This document shows positions 38,700 to 52,023 of a stretch of DNA of 64,000 bases, in pieces (the first letter of the stretch is position 1; every line of letters starts with the position of its first letter). Under the pieces are notes generated by a model, which was not told where the DNA came from, did no database searches, and was given only the letters and a program-made list of their open reading frames with translations. Source of the DNA: Podarcis liolepis (taxonomy: Eukaryota); the NCBI GenBank assembly GCA_965112155.1, contig OZ218108.1; one strand, 5' to 3'. A program made the position numbers and the translations under genes.

Positions 38700-39017
38700 G
38701 TGCAGAAATTAACCCTTTTATTATATTGTATATTGTAGTAGTAAAGTTTGTTGGAAGTGCATGAATAAAAAGTTAGTGAAATTACAGGAGGAACAATCTA
38801 TATAGCAATAATAGGTGCATTCACTGTGCATCTGAAAGGAAAAAAGAGAGAGAGAGTTTTCACTCATTTTGGCCTAAAACTTTGTGTTCAGGTTTCCAGA
38901 ATTCTGACATCAGAACCCAGATAACACTGATTAGAACCATAAGGCTTTACAATAAAAGCTAAAATATTGACCATATGATGGCAAAAAGTCTTTATTTTGT
39001 GGTTATATTATTCTCTT
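38700..39017 (-). other. KCNN2: KCNN2 3' UTR (approximate end)
   Basis: TE-free AU-rich stretch after the stop codon, with AATAAA on the minus strand at 38717-38722. Cleavage site inferred ~15-25 nt downstream. Confidence 0.7.
38717..38722 (-). promoter_or_regulatory. Candidate polyadenylation signal AATAAA for KCNN2
   Basis: Plus-strand tttatt about 300 nt after the stop codon. Confidence 0.65.
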
Positions 39018-39305
39018 CTAGCTACTCTCTGATGAGGTGGGTGGTGCTGTGGAGGATGACCTCCTTCTCCGAGACAAGGACCTCGATCGTTCTGCACTGT
39101 AGGTCACATGCTTATCATAGTTTTGTATCTGAGCTTCAAGGAAATCCCTTTGTTGTTGGCTGATTGTTTGGCTAATCAGTCCGGGGAGAGCTTGAATGCT
39201 ACCAATTAATGTTTCCAATTTTGTTTCCAAAGTAACAATCCTCTTCTCAAAGTCTTCGCTTCTTTCGTTTAAGTCAGAAATCATATCATACATGATGTTT
39301 TGAGT
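39018..39305 (-). CDS. KCNN2: KCNN2 last coding exon ([31 protein letters not shown]...[17 protein letters not shown])
   Basis: Acceptor ctctttcag, 288 nt including TAG. Coiled-coil followed by the SK2-specific tail [17 protein letters not shown]. Confidence 0.98.
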   Translation of the reverse strand, partial: TQNIMYDMISDLNERSEDFEKRIVTLETKLETLIGSIQALPGLISQTISQQQRDFLEAQIQNYDKHVTYSAERSRSLSRRRRSSSTAPPTSSESS

Positions 39306-40305
39306 CTGAAAGAGAAAGGGAAAGGGAGACGCGTTTGAGCAAGCAAGGTTGTTCCGCAGCAATTCAAACACTCATTGCTTAGAAACAGAAAAATAGCAAC
39401 AGAAACTGTGACTTCATAAACCAGCAGCTTCACAAACAACTAGCACGAACCAGCTTCAGAAAGTGTTTTTATTCCAAGCTTTATTGCACAGGTGCAATTC
39501 AGCTGGAGCTTGTGATCCCTTAGTGGCGCACTTTTGAGATTTCAAGCAAACAATGAGGTGGGTTGGAAAACCCTTCAGAAATCCGGAGATGCAGAAATGT
39601 GACTCAGTTCAACAAATACTCTTTGTAGCAGAAGCTGAAAAGCTTCTCTATCCACAAATGGGTTCTGTTAGACCAGTTATATGCTTTCAATTTCCCTCAA
39701 CATTTACAGTAAAGAGAGTTTCATCTTTCTAAGGAGCACTGCGCACATTATGTAGTGGCAAATGTGCTTCGCGCAATGTGTGTCAATCCAGTGTCAAGCT
39801 GAGGCATATCCCAGGTCCCTGAGATGCTTAAATCAGGAGATATGTGGCTGAAAATGTGCATAGCCTCTCCACTGCATAGGCAGAGCATTTTAGTTGCAAA
39901 CCATACAACTTTAATGTGTAAAGTGGCCCTGAGACTCCACTCCATTTTGGCAATTTGGATGGGAACAAGGAAGGCAGCATTCAAAAGCCACTTATAAAAT
40001 CTAGTCCCATTTATTTGTACACTCTCTTCTGTTCCTTGTCACCTGCTCAAAGAGCATCTCCTGTCCCAAGGCCATGTGAGTAGTTTCCCACAGCTAGACT
40101 GAGCTTTTGCTTTCCTCAAAGAAGCTAAACCATTTGTGAATGTTGACTTGTCCCCTATGATAACAGAAGGAAGTTCACTGGAATAGGCTTATAGAGCTTG
40201 AGTTGGCTTTTTACCTTAAACCTTAGCAAAACGATGAATGTCAGTATACAAAAGCAAAATGCCAGTACAGTATACAAAAGCAGAAGCCGGTGTTGTTACA
40301 CTGAC

Positions 40306-40375
40306 CTTTGCCAAGTCCACCAAAGTGTTTGCCTGATCGTTCAATTTCCTCTGTTCCATTTTAACACTTCTTAAT
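40306..40375 (-). CDS. KCNN2: KCNN2 penultimate coding exon ([23 protein letters not shown])
   Basis: 70 nt = 1 nt + 23 codons, acceptor tttag, donor GTCAGT. Phase fits both neighbouring exons. Confidence 0.97.
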
Positions 40376-42058
40376 CTAAAAGATTGAAAATCCAAGTCAG
40401 ATAACAATTTTTTTTGCCAGCTCCTCAAACTTGAATACAGCATGCATCTAAACAGATAACTGCATGGACAATGTCTTGAATACTTTGTGTACAGTCATAA
40501 CTGGTTATGTGTCTGGTACAATGAAAAAAAAAGCATGCTTCCTTAACACCGCAAAAAAGAAAGAAGAGAGCAAGAAAATGTGATGTCCCCGAGACTACTA
40601 ATTGCCATGGTTAACGCTGAATTCAAAGTGGGAGGTAAGGATTTATTCATAGTGTATGAAAGAAAGCCAAAACATTCCTTAAAGCTCCAGTATCCTGGCA
40701 AGTAGGCATAGGAAGTAATGAACGACAATTCAATCTCCTTATTATTGCCTGAGCAATCATTCGGCTTCTTCCATATGCCTACATGATTAGATACAGGTAT
40801 AAGCCCTCTTCAGTCTGAAATGGATTAGGTTAGGAGGTGTTTGAACCTGATGAAAATACAGTGATAAGTGAGTTCCTTGTTAATTTTTAAAAGCTTTTAT
40901 CTGACCAGCAGCTAAATAAAGAGCATCATTGTTAATATATTAGTTTCACAGTCCTCCGTGTTGCTGACCTGGAATACTTTTAATTGTTTTCAATGTGCAC
41001 AACAGTTTTCCTTGTTAATTTATTACTTTCACAGTCCTCAATGTCTCTGACTTGGAATACTTTTGTACATATGTGCATAGCAATTTTCCTAGTAGGTTTG
41101 GTTGGCCAGTTTATCTGTCCGTGATTAAACCAGAACACTATGAAGTATTGTATCTGTATAAAAGAGCCTCATGGTGCCCAAGTAATTCCATTCATGTTAA
41201 TCAGCTGAGCAGGGTAAGAAAGAGAAAAACAAGATGTATTATTCTGAACTGTAGTATGAAAATGTGTGTTGGTTTAAGGGTATATGGCCAGTGACTGTTA
41301 AGGGTATATGGCCAAAAGACTGTTAATCTTTTCCCCCTCTCCAAATATATGAGAACAGAAAAGTTTTAAATCTGTAGTACTATCCATGTAAAGTCTTGAT
41401 GCAAATTGTGAATCGGCTATATTGGTGTAAGTGGCTTCCTTCCTCTTCTTCTTTTCTTAAGGGTTATGTGCTTCAAGGAATAAAACAGTCCAATGCAAAC
41501 TTCTCTATTTATACCAAAGCACACACCCACACCAAGAGCTCCATAATAGCTTTCCCATTCATTTCAAGGGAAGAGGCAGCTCTCCATGGTTTTTCTTTTG
41601 TACAGTTAAATCTGTTTTGCTGAACTAAATGTAGAGGCCTTACAGGCTGGGGTTGCTCTCTGTGTATTTTGGACATGGATACTGCCCCCCAGGGATGTAG
41701 GCTTGTCTCCTTTATAAAGGCAGTCTATCATCATCAAGTTACAAAGGCAATGAAGGACTTTGTGTGTCTAAGCCAGCAGGGTGTTGTGTGGTCAACTAAG
41801 TGTGTGAGAACGTTATTCAGTTCACAACATGCCCATGATCTCATTCAAGAAATGAAGCTACCCTGAATTTAGGCATTAATCTCATGTGGTTCCTCTTTCC
41901 AGGTCATTGTCCTAAACCTCATTAATAATTGGAATCCGTTTATTTATTTAATTTTTTGTGTTTGTCCTGTATCAGCGCCATTGTACCCATTGTCTTATTC
42001 ACCACTGATAACTCGTGAATTTATTCTCACAGTTTATTTTAAAAGATAAAATAAACTG

Positions 42059-42392
42059 TGAGACGCGGGTGGCACTGTGGGTTAAACCACAGAGCCTAGG
42101 ACTTGCCAATCAGAAGGTCGGTGGTTCGAATCCCCGCGACAGGGTGAGCTCCCGTTGCTGCCAACCTAGCAATTCGAAAGCATGTCAAAGTGCAAGTAGA
42201 TGAATAGGTACCGTTCCGGCGGGAAGGTAAACGGCATTTCTGTACTCTGCTCTGGTTCACCAGAAGCGGCTTAGTCATGCTGGCCACATGACCCAGAAAC
42301 TACGCCGGCTCCCTCGGCCAATAAAGCGAGATGAGTGCCGCAACCCCAGAGTCGGCCATGACTGGACCTAATGGTCATTTGCCTTTACCTTT
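42059..42392 (+). mobile_element. Sauria SINE in KCNN2 intron (antisense to the gene)
   Basis: Head gacgcgggtggcactgtgg, B-box and cctttaccttt tail. Confidence 0.9.
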
Positions 42393-43763
42393 ATTTTAAA
42401 AGAAACTAAAGGTGGTTTCTTCACAATCCCAGAATCCAGTTGTTTCAGGATTCCCTCTTAAAGCCCACCCCTTCAGCACTGTGCATTCAATTTGATGGGG
42501 TGAATGAGAATGAATGGGCTTACAGCTGCAGTCACACAAGTTCAGCATTGTTGTGGGAGATATGAGGTGCACTCAAGCTCACCTTTTCAAGAGGAGGAAT
42601 AATGTATGTCCAGAAACACATAAAATTATTAAGTGATACTGTGACCCAGTTCTCTTAGCCAAACCATGACTAAGTGTAAATGAGCTGTCCTGTTGCTGTT
42701 CCACTACCCAGAGCTAAGCCATGGTTTGGCTTAGCATTATGCCTGATTCTGGGCTCATGGTTTTGCTCAATCACACAAACTATGATTTGTAGCCAAGGTT
42801 TAGATTTGGCTTATCATTTGTCAGTGCCGGATTTAGGACAGTGTGGGCGGTTCCCCTGCACAAGTTGCCAAGCCATGGGGATTAATAATAATAATAGTAA
42901 TAATAATAATTCCTATATTTATACAGGTACCTATTGAGAAGATTGATTTAAAAAAGGAACTGTACCAAAAGGAATTATTGTGAAAATAAGAAATATTTTT
43001 TGGGGGGTGCCAAATCTTGTCCTTGCTCAGGGGACCATATTACCAAAGTTTGCCCTTGCATTTCTAGTTTGTCTTGGAAGCAAACCTTGGGCCTAGCTTT
43101 AGATGTACTGCTAAGCCAATCAATGGCATAATGCTTGCTAGCATGGCAGCAGCAAGAGTGGGGAGGGGTGAAGTGCCAGTGATTTTTCCTCTAAGGACAC
43201 ACATGTTCACTCATTCATGCTTAGCCATGGCTTGGCTTACTGTTATGTGTAAAGAGGGTCTATAAGGGACAACGCTGAAAGAAATCAAACAAGAGTGCTG
43301 GTCTGTATAAGCTTTTGAAAGTATATTTTAGGTCATCAGTTATCTTTGGAAGAGGGAAAGCCAATTAGCAACATTTTAGGTTGAGCTTTCTATCCTCCTT
43401 TCCCTCCCTATATGAACATTTCGAGAAATATGGTAAATAAATGGTATAATTTTTATGCTGATTATTTACCTCTCTTGCAAATGTATGTTGATAAAGAGAG
43501 ATTTGCATCTTCAAGATGTGTATATCAGCCTTGGTTGTGACTTAGGTGGAGCAAACCTTTTTATAAAGTGATCATTTCTTAGCTGCGACAGTCAGATTAA
43601 AAATGATACTAGCCAGATCTTTCTCTGAAAATTAAGAAATATTGATACTCTGATTCCTTCCTTCCGAACTTCACTTATCACAGAAGAAATTCATGACTTT
43701 GGATTGCAGTTCCACAGTAGCAACCAGACTATTGAAATTCACAAATAAAGTATCCATTTGTTG

Positions 43764-43769
43764 CATGCA
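43764..43769 (-). promoter_or_regulatory. Candidate RBFOX site (UGCAUG) downstream of the ARK microexon
   Basis: Plus-strand catgca = minus-strand TGCATG, ~50 nt after the microexon donor. Confidence 0.5.
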
Positions 43770-43818
43770 GACAGTGGTAAATTCTGCAAATTTGAAAGGA
43801 ACAGCTCACACAACTTAC

Positions 43819-43827
43819 TTCCGAGCT
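43819..43827 (-). CDS. KCNN2: KCNN2 alternative 9-nt microexon inserting Ala-Arg-Lys (SK2-ARK / SK2-b type isoform)
   Basis: Minus strand reads ...aaaatag|AGCTCGGAA|gtaagt. Phase-2 splicing gives CA|A GCT CGG AA|A TTA = Q-A-R-K-L, the position and residues of the known ARK insertion in vertebrate SK2. Confidence 0.9.
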
Positions 43828-46800
43828 CTATTTTCATTGTTGAAATAAAAAGACAAAACAAAAGAAAAGAAACTGTAAAATTGACTAAAACAAATTAACA
43901 CAAGGGATGGTCTTCAGGTGAGCGCAATGTGCTCTGTTATGGAGCTTGTAGTTCATACATTTTCTCCATAGAACTCTCTGGGCCAGCAATTAACAACTTA
44001 AATGCAGGACAGCTTTATACTCTCAGTTTCTATACCACATTTCACCATGTTCTGAAAGTAAGCAGCGACGTTTCATACGTTGTGGTGCAAGCAGACATTA
44101 GCTGCGTTCACACATCACATTAAACCATGCTTAATTTTTAACTATGGCTTAATGCGAACAAGCAGCATGCTGGTGGAAGTCCCTGCTTAACTCCTCCCCT
44201 GCTCTTGGGTGTGCTATATTTGGGGGAATAAAAAGTCGAGTCTTGGCTAGTCATATTATCCAAACCTAGGCTTGTGGTTTGTTTCTCCCAAACAAACCAT
44301 GAGCAGTAAGCCAATAACAAACTTTGGCTACCACTTGCGGTGTGTTTAGAGCCACAAACCTTGACTCGACACATATTCTGAATTCAGACACGTGTGTTGA
44401 GCCAAGGTTTGTGGCTTGTTTCTCCTGGCAGAGCGTGGCCAAGAGAAGGGGAGAAATGACAGATGGACCTTTGAGCACTGTGCACTAGAATGCTGCTTGT
44501 TTATGTTAAACATTTAACGTCACATGTTATTCTGGCCGGAGGGATATCAGTGGCACCTAAATACCTCAGCCCCCTTCCCACATGCCATCCATACATGGGA
44601 AGAATTGATAGCTGAAATATTACCAGGATTCTCAAAAGTTAAGAGACTTAGTATTGGTACATTTTATTTCCATCTTTCCTCCCAACATCAAGTGTTGAGT
44701 AGGCTAGAATTAACCTTTAAAGGGGGTCATTAAGGGGAGTTAAAGGAAAACATATGAATATGTGAATGAAGACTATCACCATGAATCAAAAAGGAGAACT
44801 ACACAGTTCAGCTAGAAATAGAAAATCAAACTTATCATTCTGAATGTTAGCATCCAACAGGATATGACTGGTTCCATTCCCCTATTTTGCTAGAATACAA
44901 TTTAACCCCCTTTGTTTGACTTGGGAGGTCAAATGACGCAGGACAAATGAAAATTCAGAAGTAAAACAGAAACCTGACTCTGCATAACAAGGAAAGGTAG
45001 CCACTATGGGAATTACTTCATATAGTTTCTTACTCAATAGTAGGTGATAAACAAATATTTGCAGTTCTTTTTGAAACTAAAGGGATAAAATTGCATCACT
45101 TCCTTTGAGAACAAAGCTCTAGCACATCAATTGGCAAATCCACACATATTTTTGAAAGTCTGAATACTTCTAGCAAGGGACACATAGAAAGTAAGGTCAG
45201 AAGACAAAGCTAAATCACATATTAAATTAAAATGAAGACAAGCACCTGGTAGATAATAGCTACCCTGCCCCATGCTTATTAGAAGCCATATTAATGTGAA
45301 AAAGGACTATTCCATGAAGACTGATGTGATGCCAGATCACAGTAGGGCAGGGTGGGAAACCTGTGGCGTTCTAGGAGCTTTTGGAATCTAATTCTCATCA
45401 GCCACAGCAAGCATGGCCAATGGTCAAAGGGTATGGGAATTGTAGTACATAAGCTCCCTATCCCTGTTGCAGAGGTTGCAGTCCAATCCTGAACATGTAC
45501 ACTCAGAAGTAAGAATCCCACTAAATCACAATATTGTAATACCTGGTTTCAGCTCATTTTGTAATTCACTATCTCAGGAACCCACCCACACGCCCCCCCC
45601 CCCTTTTTGGTAGAATCAGCTTTTCTATAGACAGCAGCATTTAACCTCACATCTTTGCTAAACTGAACTAATACTCATTGTGTACATTTTATTTTATAAC
45701 TTAAGCATAGTATGTAACCATTAATGAGTTAGCCCTTAATGAGTTAGCCCTTTTCAGATCCCTCCTCTGAAGCAGAAAATGAAATAACATTACTGCCATT
45801 TAATGCGTTCAAATCAACAGCGAAAGAAGAGAAGCACGGTTAATTTATGAAACTTATTTCCTCCTCACTTTTGGTGTAATGGGTGACTACAGACTCTATA
45901 AAATGAAATTCACGACCCTTGGGCTCTGTACACAGACCTCTGTGCAGGGAACAACCAGAGATTCCACGTCTTGTGTTAATATCAGGTGTGGAAAATAAGA
46001 AAGTAGGAAGAAAAACGAATTGCTCACAATGAGCCTTGTTTGGACATGATACTAAACCATGGTTGAATGAGCTACAGTGAACCTTGGGACTGTTATCCCT
46101 CTTTCTCTTTCTCTAAGCTTTCACTTCTAGCTGTTTGTCATGTTGGAATTCAGATGATACAAACTGTTAATCTTAACCATGGTTTGTTGAAACAAGCCAA
46201 CTTCAAACCACAGTTCACAAAGTTCGCTTGTTTTAACTAACCATGGTTAAGATTGACCACAGTTTGGGGTTAATATAGAATGAAAGCAGAGATTTTTTAA
46301 TATACTCCCTGCATCTGTGCTGGAGTGGAGAGCACATAAACCAGATGCTTGCTGCAGTTCATAATGCTAAGCCATATTTATTTTGCAACTTCTTGGAACT
46401 GGCTCTGAAGTCTTTTTCTTGTTATTATAGTATTGGGTCTGTCAAGATGATCTAACTTTACTGATTCCCCACTGTAGAATGATTAAAAGCAATATACACC
46501 ATGTGTATTTCAACTCAGATTCTGAGATTCTGATCTACACTTCTGAGAAAGGACCTCTTTCACGGAAGTGGACCTCTGCTCCCATTTTCATTACACTATA
46601 TCTCTACTGCTAGTTCACCAAGCTCCATACTCTTTGGCCATTTCCTCCTCCCAATAACTCTCTATGTGCTGCAGAGGAAGGGTGTGAAGAAGAGAAACCT
46701 GCAGCAATTAATATCTGCCACTAGTTTTATGTAGCCCAATTTGTGGCGAGCTCTTCCTGCTCTAACATAACAGTAACTGAGCACTCTCCAAAGTCAAGTA

Positions 46801-47765
46801 TGAATGAGGAATCAGCAATGCTTCCATTATATCTGCAAGGAGCCTGCGGTTTCCAAAGATTAGCTCGTATCAGGAACTAATTCCCCCACATACCCTAAAG
46901 GAATAGACCATAAGGTGGCTAATTTCTTGGGGTGCCAAAATGAAGACAACTATCCCACCATTATCTTTTCACCAAGTGTAAATTTGCTGCAGCAATAACA
47001 TTGATTTTAAAATGAACCAATCATTTCAATAGGAAATGATTACATTCTTTACCCATTACCTAAAATTGGCACAGTAGTAGAACCTACTGCTTGCAATCAT
47101 TTTAAACAATGGTAAAAAATATTATATTAAACTTATATATCACATAATAAAATAAGGGGCTATTGACTGATGGTGAATATAGTAAAATATTCTTTTGTCA
47201 GCGGTTTGCACCTGCCAGAAAAATCACAAGAGGATGTTATTGATATTCAAATCTATTTTGCAATACGTACTAGATTCATTCTTATTCCAAAATATCATGT
47301 GTAGGACGCTTTAGCAAAGAAAATCTATATTCAAGGAAGGGTGGTTGGATCACACATGAAGAGTCAGGGATGTGAAAAACTTGTTCATTTGTTTCCACAA
47401 CGTTTCTGCTTTCTCTTCCCCTGGCCTTGGAAATCCACGGAAACTTCATGAAGAGTCTAAGATGTCTTTCCTTCTAAAAACTGTATGTATAATCTGTATG
47501 TGAATTAGATTGTGCATCACATTTCATATCCATCTCGAATGCTATTGTTTCCCATCAATGAGATGGAGATTCAGGGACACACTGAGATACATACAATGTT
47601 TTCCTCCCACACCCTTGAGATAAAGTGAACAGAATCAGGCAGAAGGTGGATTTGGGACAGCTGCCTGTATTGGCAGAACAGCAACATCCACACTAGAAAC
47701 TGAACCTGCCAGATTACCACAGCATCCTGGATAAGGGGGAAATAGACAAGCCAAAATGGTACTTA

Positions 47766-47945
<180 letters not shown>

Positions 47946-48746
47946 CTATGAGTATTTACAGGAATGTCTCCTTCTGAGACCAGATGCTGTAGAGAGCTAA
48001 TGTAATAAGAGCACAACTGTCTAAATTCTGTGCCTCTGCTGGGCACTTGAATTAGTGACTATCCACACCTAGCATCTTGGGATTTCTGGTTCATACATTA
48101 TGACACAGTAGGTCTGATTAACATGCTGACCCCCTTCTCTTCCCCGGTGCCCATGCAGGAATTGCCCTTCTCTCCTGCCTTGTCATGGAACATCTTTTTC
48201 ATAGGCAAGAAGAGGAAACATACTTGACATTTTGGATCATGGCTTTATATAGCAGGGTTGCCAAAAGTTGTTAAGCTTTTTTGCTAAATCTTTTTTTTAA
48301 AAAGGTGAAGTTTTTGAGCTATCTTTAAGGAAATTTGCAAAAATCCTGACTTGCCATACGGACAGATTTTCCTGGGTATATATATAATATTTTTTTTTTT
48401 TTTAAAGCATGTGGTTAGGATAAAACTGGAATGCCAAATAGACAAGCATTGCTTCTCACAAGATCATTTTATCTGATCAGCACTCTGAGAGTACATTTCC
48501 ACCACAGCATCAGGAATTGTTAGACACTGAATGCGAGTTATGTTTTGTTTTGTTTTAAGTAGATGAGCAGTTGGGTTGAAGGACAACTAGTCAGACTAAC
48601 CTGGCTGCTAGTTTGGCACTACAATCATATCTCATTTTTCTTCCATGATGGAATCAAGGCAGAAAACGTAACACTTCCTCCGAAGTTTCACTTCCAGGCA
48701 CTGATCAGTCCCATACCTACTTAGATTTACTAAGATTGGTTTATCA

Positions 48747-48882
48747 CAGACATAGGCAAACTCGGCCCTCCAGATGTTTTGAGACTACAGTTCCCTTCAT
48801 CCCTGGCCACTGGTCCTGTTAGCTAGGGATGATGGGAACTGTAGTCCCAAAACATCTGGAGGGCTGAGTTTGCCTATGCCTG
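48747..48882. mobile_element. Palindromic hAT-type MITE
   Basis: Same family as 17865 and 30564. TSD gtttatca/gttgatca. Confidence 0.88.
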
Positions 48883-49059
48883 GTTGATCATGTGCCTTCA
48901 GCTCATGTTCCAGGACCTATTCCACATATTTGCTTCTGTTTTGCTATTCCTTAAGAGAGACCTCACATCTACCACCAGTGGACAAAACACTTAAAGCTGA
49001 CATGAAACTTAGAGATTCAATAATTCAGTAGCATCTTTCAAGATCTATCCCTAGAACTA

Positions 49060-49299
<240 letters not shown>

Positions 49300-50829
49300 T
49301 TATTCAATAATGGTCACACTATTGACGAAACAGGAAAAGAAAACAGTATGGTTACACAAAAGAAGTACATTTGTTTAGTGCAAAATGATATAATTTGATT
49401 TTATCAGTGTCTCTGCAGTTGGGAAGAAATTCAGTGTCATGTTAAGGCAGTCATTCAGTCAATGCGAGCTTTTCAGTTTCCCAGATGGAATTATCTCCTC
49501 TCTTCTCCTTCCACATGCTATTCTGAGGGTTCTCGCAAACCCCCCAGAGCCAATTTTGGGTGGCACAGAGGGTAGCAGGGAGAAAAGCTGTGTTGCACAA
49601 TAAAAAATAAAAAATATTCCAGACAAGACTCATCAGGTGAATCCCACCCTCAGTAATATCACACTTTAAGTGTTACTTTAATGGCACGTTCAATTGCTTC
49701 CAGATCATCTGCAATTCTTCACCCTCCTTCCCTCCACAATGGCCTGATTTGCATAGTACATTAAGTGAAACCTTGGTTAAGCGTGAATGCACAGACTCCC
49801 GTAGAGGCGCTTGTAGCTACTTCACTCTTCCCCATCTCTTTTTGCTGCCACACCATGTTATGCCTTAGTATGTCATCCCAACCCATCTGGTTAACTTCTA
49901 TCCAGACTAGCCATGAGTTGTAACCAAGAACAAACCATGGTTTGTTGGAGCCTGTATGTTCACGCTTTTGCACTAAGCCAAGGTTTGATGTGCAAACCAG
50001 GCCACTTGGTCTCACAGGAAGAGAATCTTCTTACTCCAGGAACAAAGGAGGATAAAGCTGAAAGCACTGTCAATATGTTAAACAGCTCCCCACTAGTTCT
50101 CCACAGGCATTAATATTCTTTAGTTGGGAAACTAAGGACTGCAAGTTACAGATATCCTGTTGAGGGCAAAAGAAGTTGGGACTTTATAGGCCATAGACAA
50201 AGGGTAGTATAAGAGATGTGATTCTTTGAGCAGCCGATACATGCAATGGGGTTTTGGCACTGACACATAAACATCAGTTCCTTATTTGATATTATAAGTT
50301 TTCAGTTTTCTCTGCTAGTTACGAAAACAAACTAGGGAGACTTAAACAAGTTGCATCATTAATATCAGTGTTAAAACACTACTTAACATTTACATTATAG
50401 CAATAATGAGCTTAACTAAGCCAATTTATAGTGAACTGATCAGTGTGTCTATTAAGGAGGGCAGTATAATTATATTAGGAACAAATCTAATAAAAACAGA
50501 AGCCTGTTTAAACTTTATCTTTGGACTTTAATAAAAGTCTTACCTAAAATCTAATTAACCCATGGAAAGTGAAATATTGTACAATCTGCCCTTTGCTCTA
50601 CCCACAAGGGGGGAAAGCTTACATTCCATTAGTAACAGTTTATAGGGATTCTATACATTAAACATTTATTGACATTAATATTTGATCTGTATTGAAATAC
50701 ATTGCAGCTCTACAAATCCTTGTAAAGATGAATATTTGGGATGCTCTTCACAAGACTTTAATGAACTTTTCCTCTATAAGGTAAATTTATCTCATGCACA
50801 CCCTCACAAATACATTTATAAAAACGCGA

Positions 50830-51035
50830 ACAGTAGAGAGGGCCCAGGATAGAACCCTGTGGCACCCCACTTGAGAATTCCCTCAAGGCTGACACAGTCA
50901 TTATTGAGCACCCAATGGGTATGGTTCTTCAACCAGTTGTAGATCCACCTATCTGGAGTAGTATCCAGCCACTTTTTACCACTTTGTCAGCAAGGAAGAC
51001 TGTCAACTGCCGAAATCAAGATATATTATGTCCAC
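50830..51035 (-). mobile_element. Old CR1 reverse-transcriptase fragment
   Basis: Minus strand agtggggtgccacagggttctatcctgggccc = SGVPQGSILGP motif. Confidence 0.75.
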
Positions 51036-51230
51036 GATATATTATGTCTAACCCCTTTTCAGAGCCTGAATGAAACCATGTGAAATAAAACAGCCTAGAA
51101 CATCTAGGAGAGTCTGTCATGGCAAGAAGATGTGCATAACAAAATACTGTAAGTCTTTCATCAGGATCATATACTTACACTAAGGGATTCTCAGCACCTG
51201 CAGTAGCAGAGATCTCAGCCTTTGGAACCT

Positions 51231-51232
<2 letters not shown>

Positions 51233-51296
<64 letters not shown>
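51233..51296. repeat. (CT)n(CA)n compound microsatellite
   Basis: Direct reading. Confidence 0.97.
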
Positions 51297-51298
<2 letters not shown>

Positions 51299-51971
51299 GT
51301 TTTTCTAGAAACCACCTACTTTTCTTTCAGGGACTGAATCCACCTCCTGTTTCCTGGCTGAACAATGTTGCATAGAAACTAGTTTCGGGAAAGAAGGGAT
51401 TGGCACGAAGCATTATGTAGCTCTTTTTTAAAAGACAAATGAATAGCTGCACTTTTGCTTCCTGAACTATTGTGTTCCCATTTTCCCAGCAATACAAGCT
51501 CTATTCTGTCTTCCGTATACTCTGCTTTCCTTTTCAAGTCTACCCTCTCATTATTAATAGGGGGAATCATACCTATTAGTACTGGATCAGAGTCAGGGCA
51601 AGTATAAATCCATTTTTTTTCTGGAAAAGCTTAGAACAAACTGTGATTCATGATATAAAGAGGTTTCTTTTTTAAAAAAGAAAAAAGTCAGGCCTCCATA
51701 AATGTACAAAAGAGCTTCAAAAACACGTAAATTATTTTTGAACTCCACGGCTCCTCCCTGCTATACACGGTCTGTGCAGCATATTCTCCAGAAGCTTAAC
51801 CATTTCCAACAAATGATTATATGCTACAGCTGGTACTTCAATGACTAATTAACCTTCGGAGAAAGAAAGCAAGAAAGCCTTTGTTAAAATGTCACCAAGC
51901 TCACAATGAATAGAGGGAACATCTTGAGATGTCTAGGCAAAGACCAGTAGCTAGGAGTCCTTTAACAAAAC

Positions 51972-51974
<3 letters not shown>

Positions 51975-52019
<45 letters not shown>
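51975..52019. repeat. (TA)n microsatellite
   Basis: Direct reading. Confidence 0.97.
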
Positions 52020-52023
<4 letters not shown>

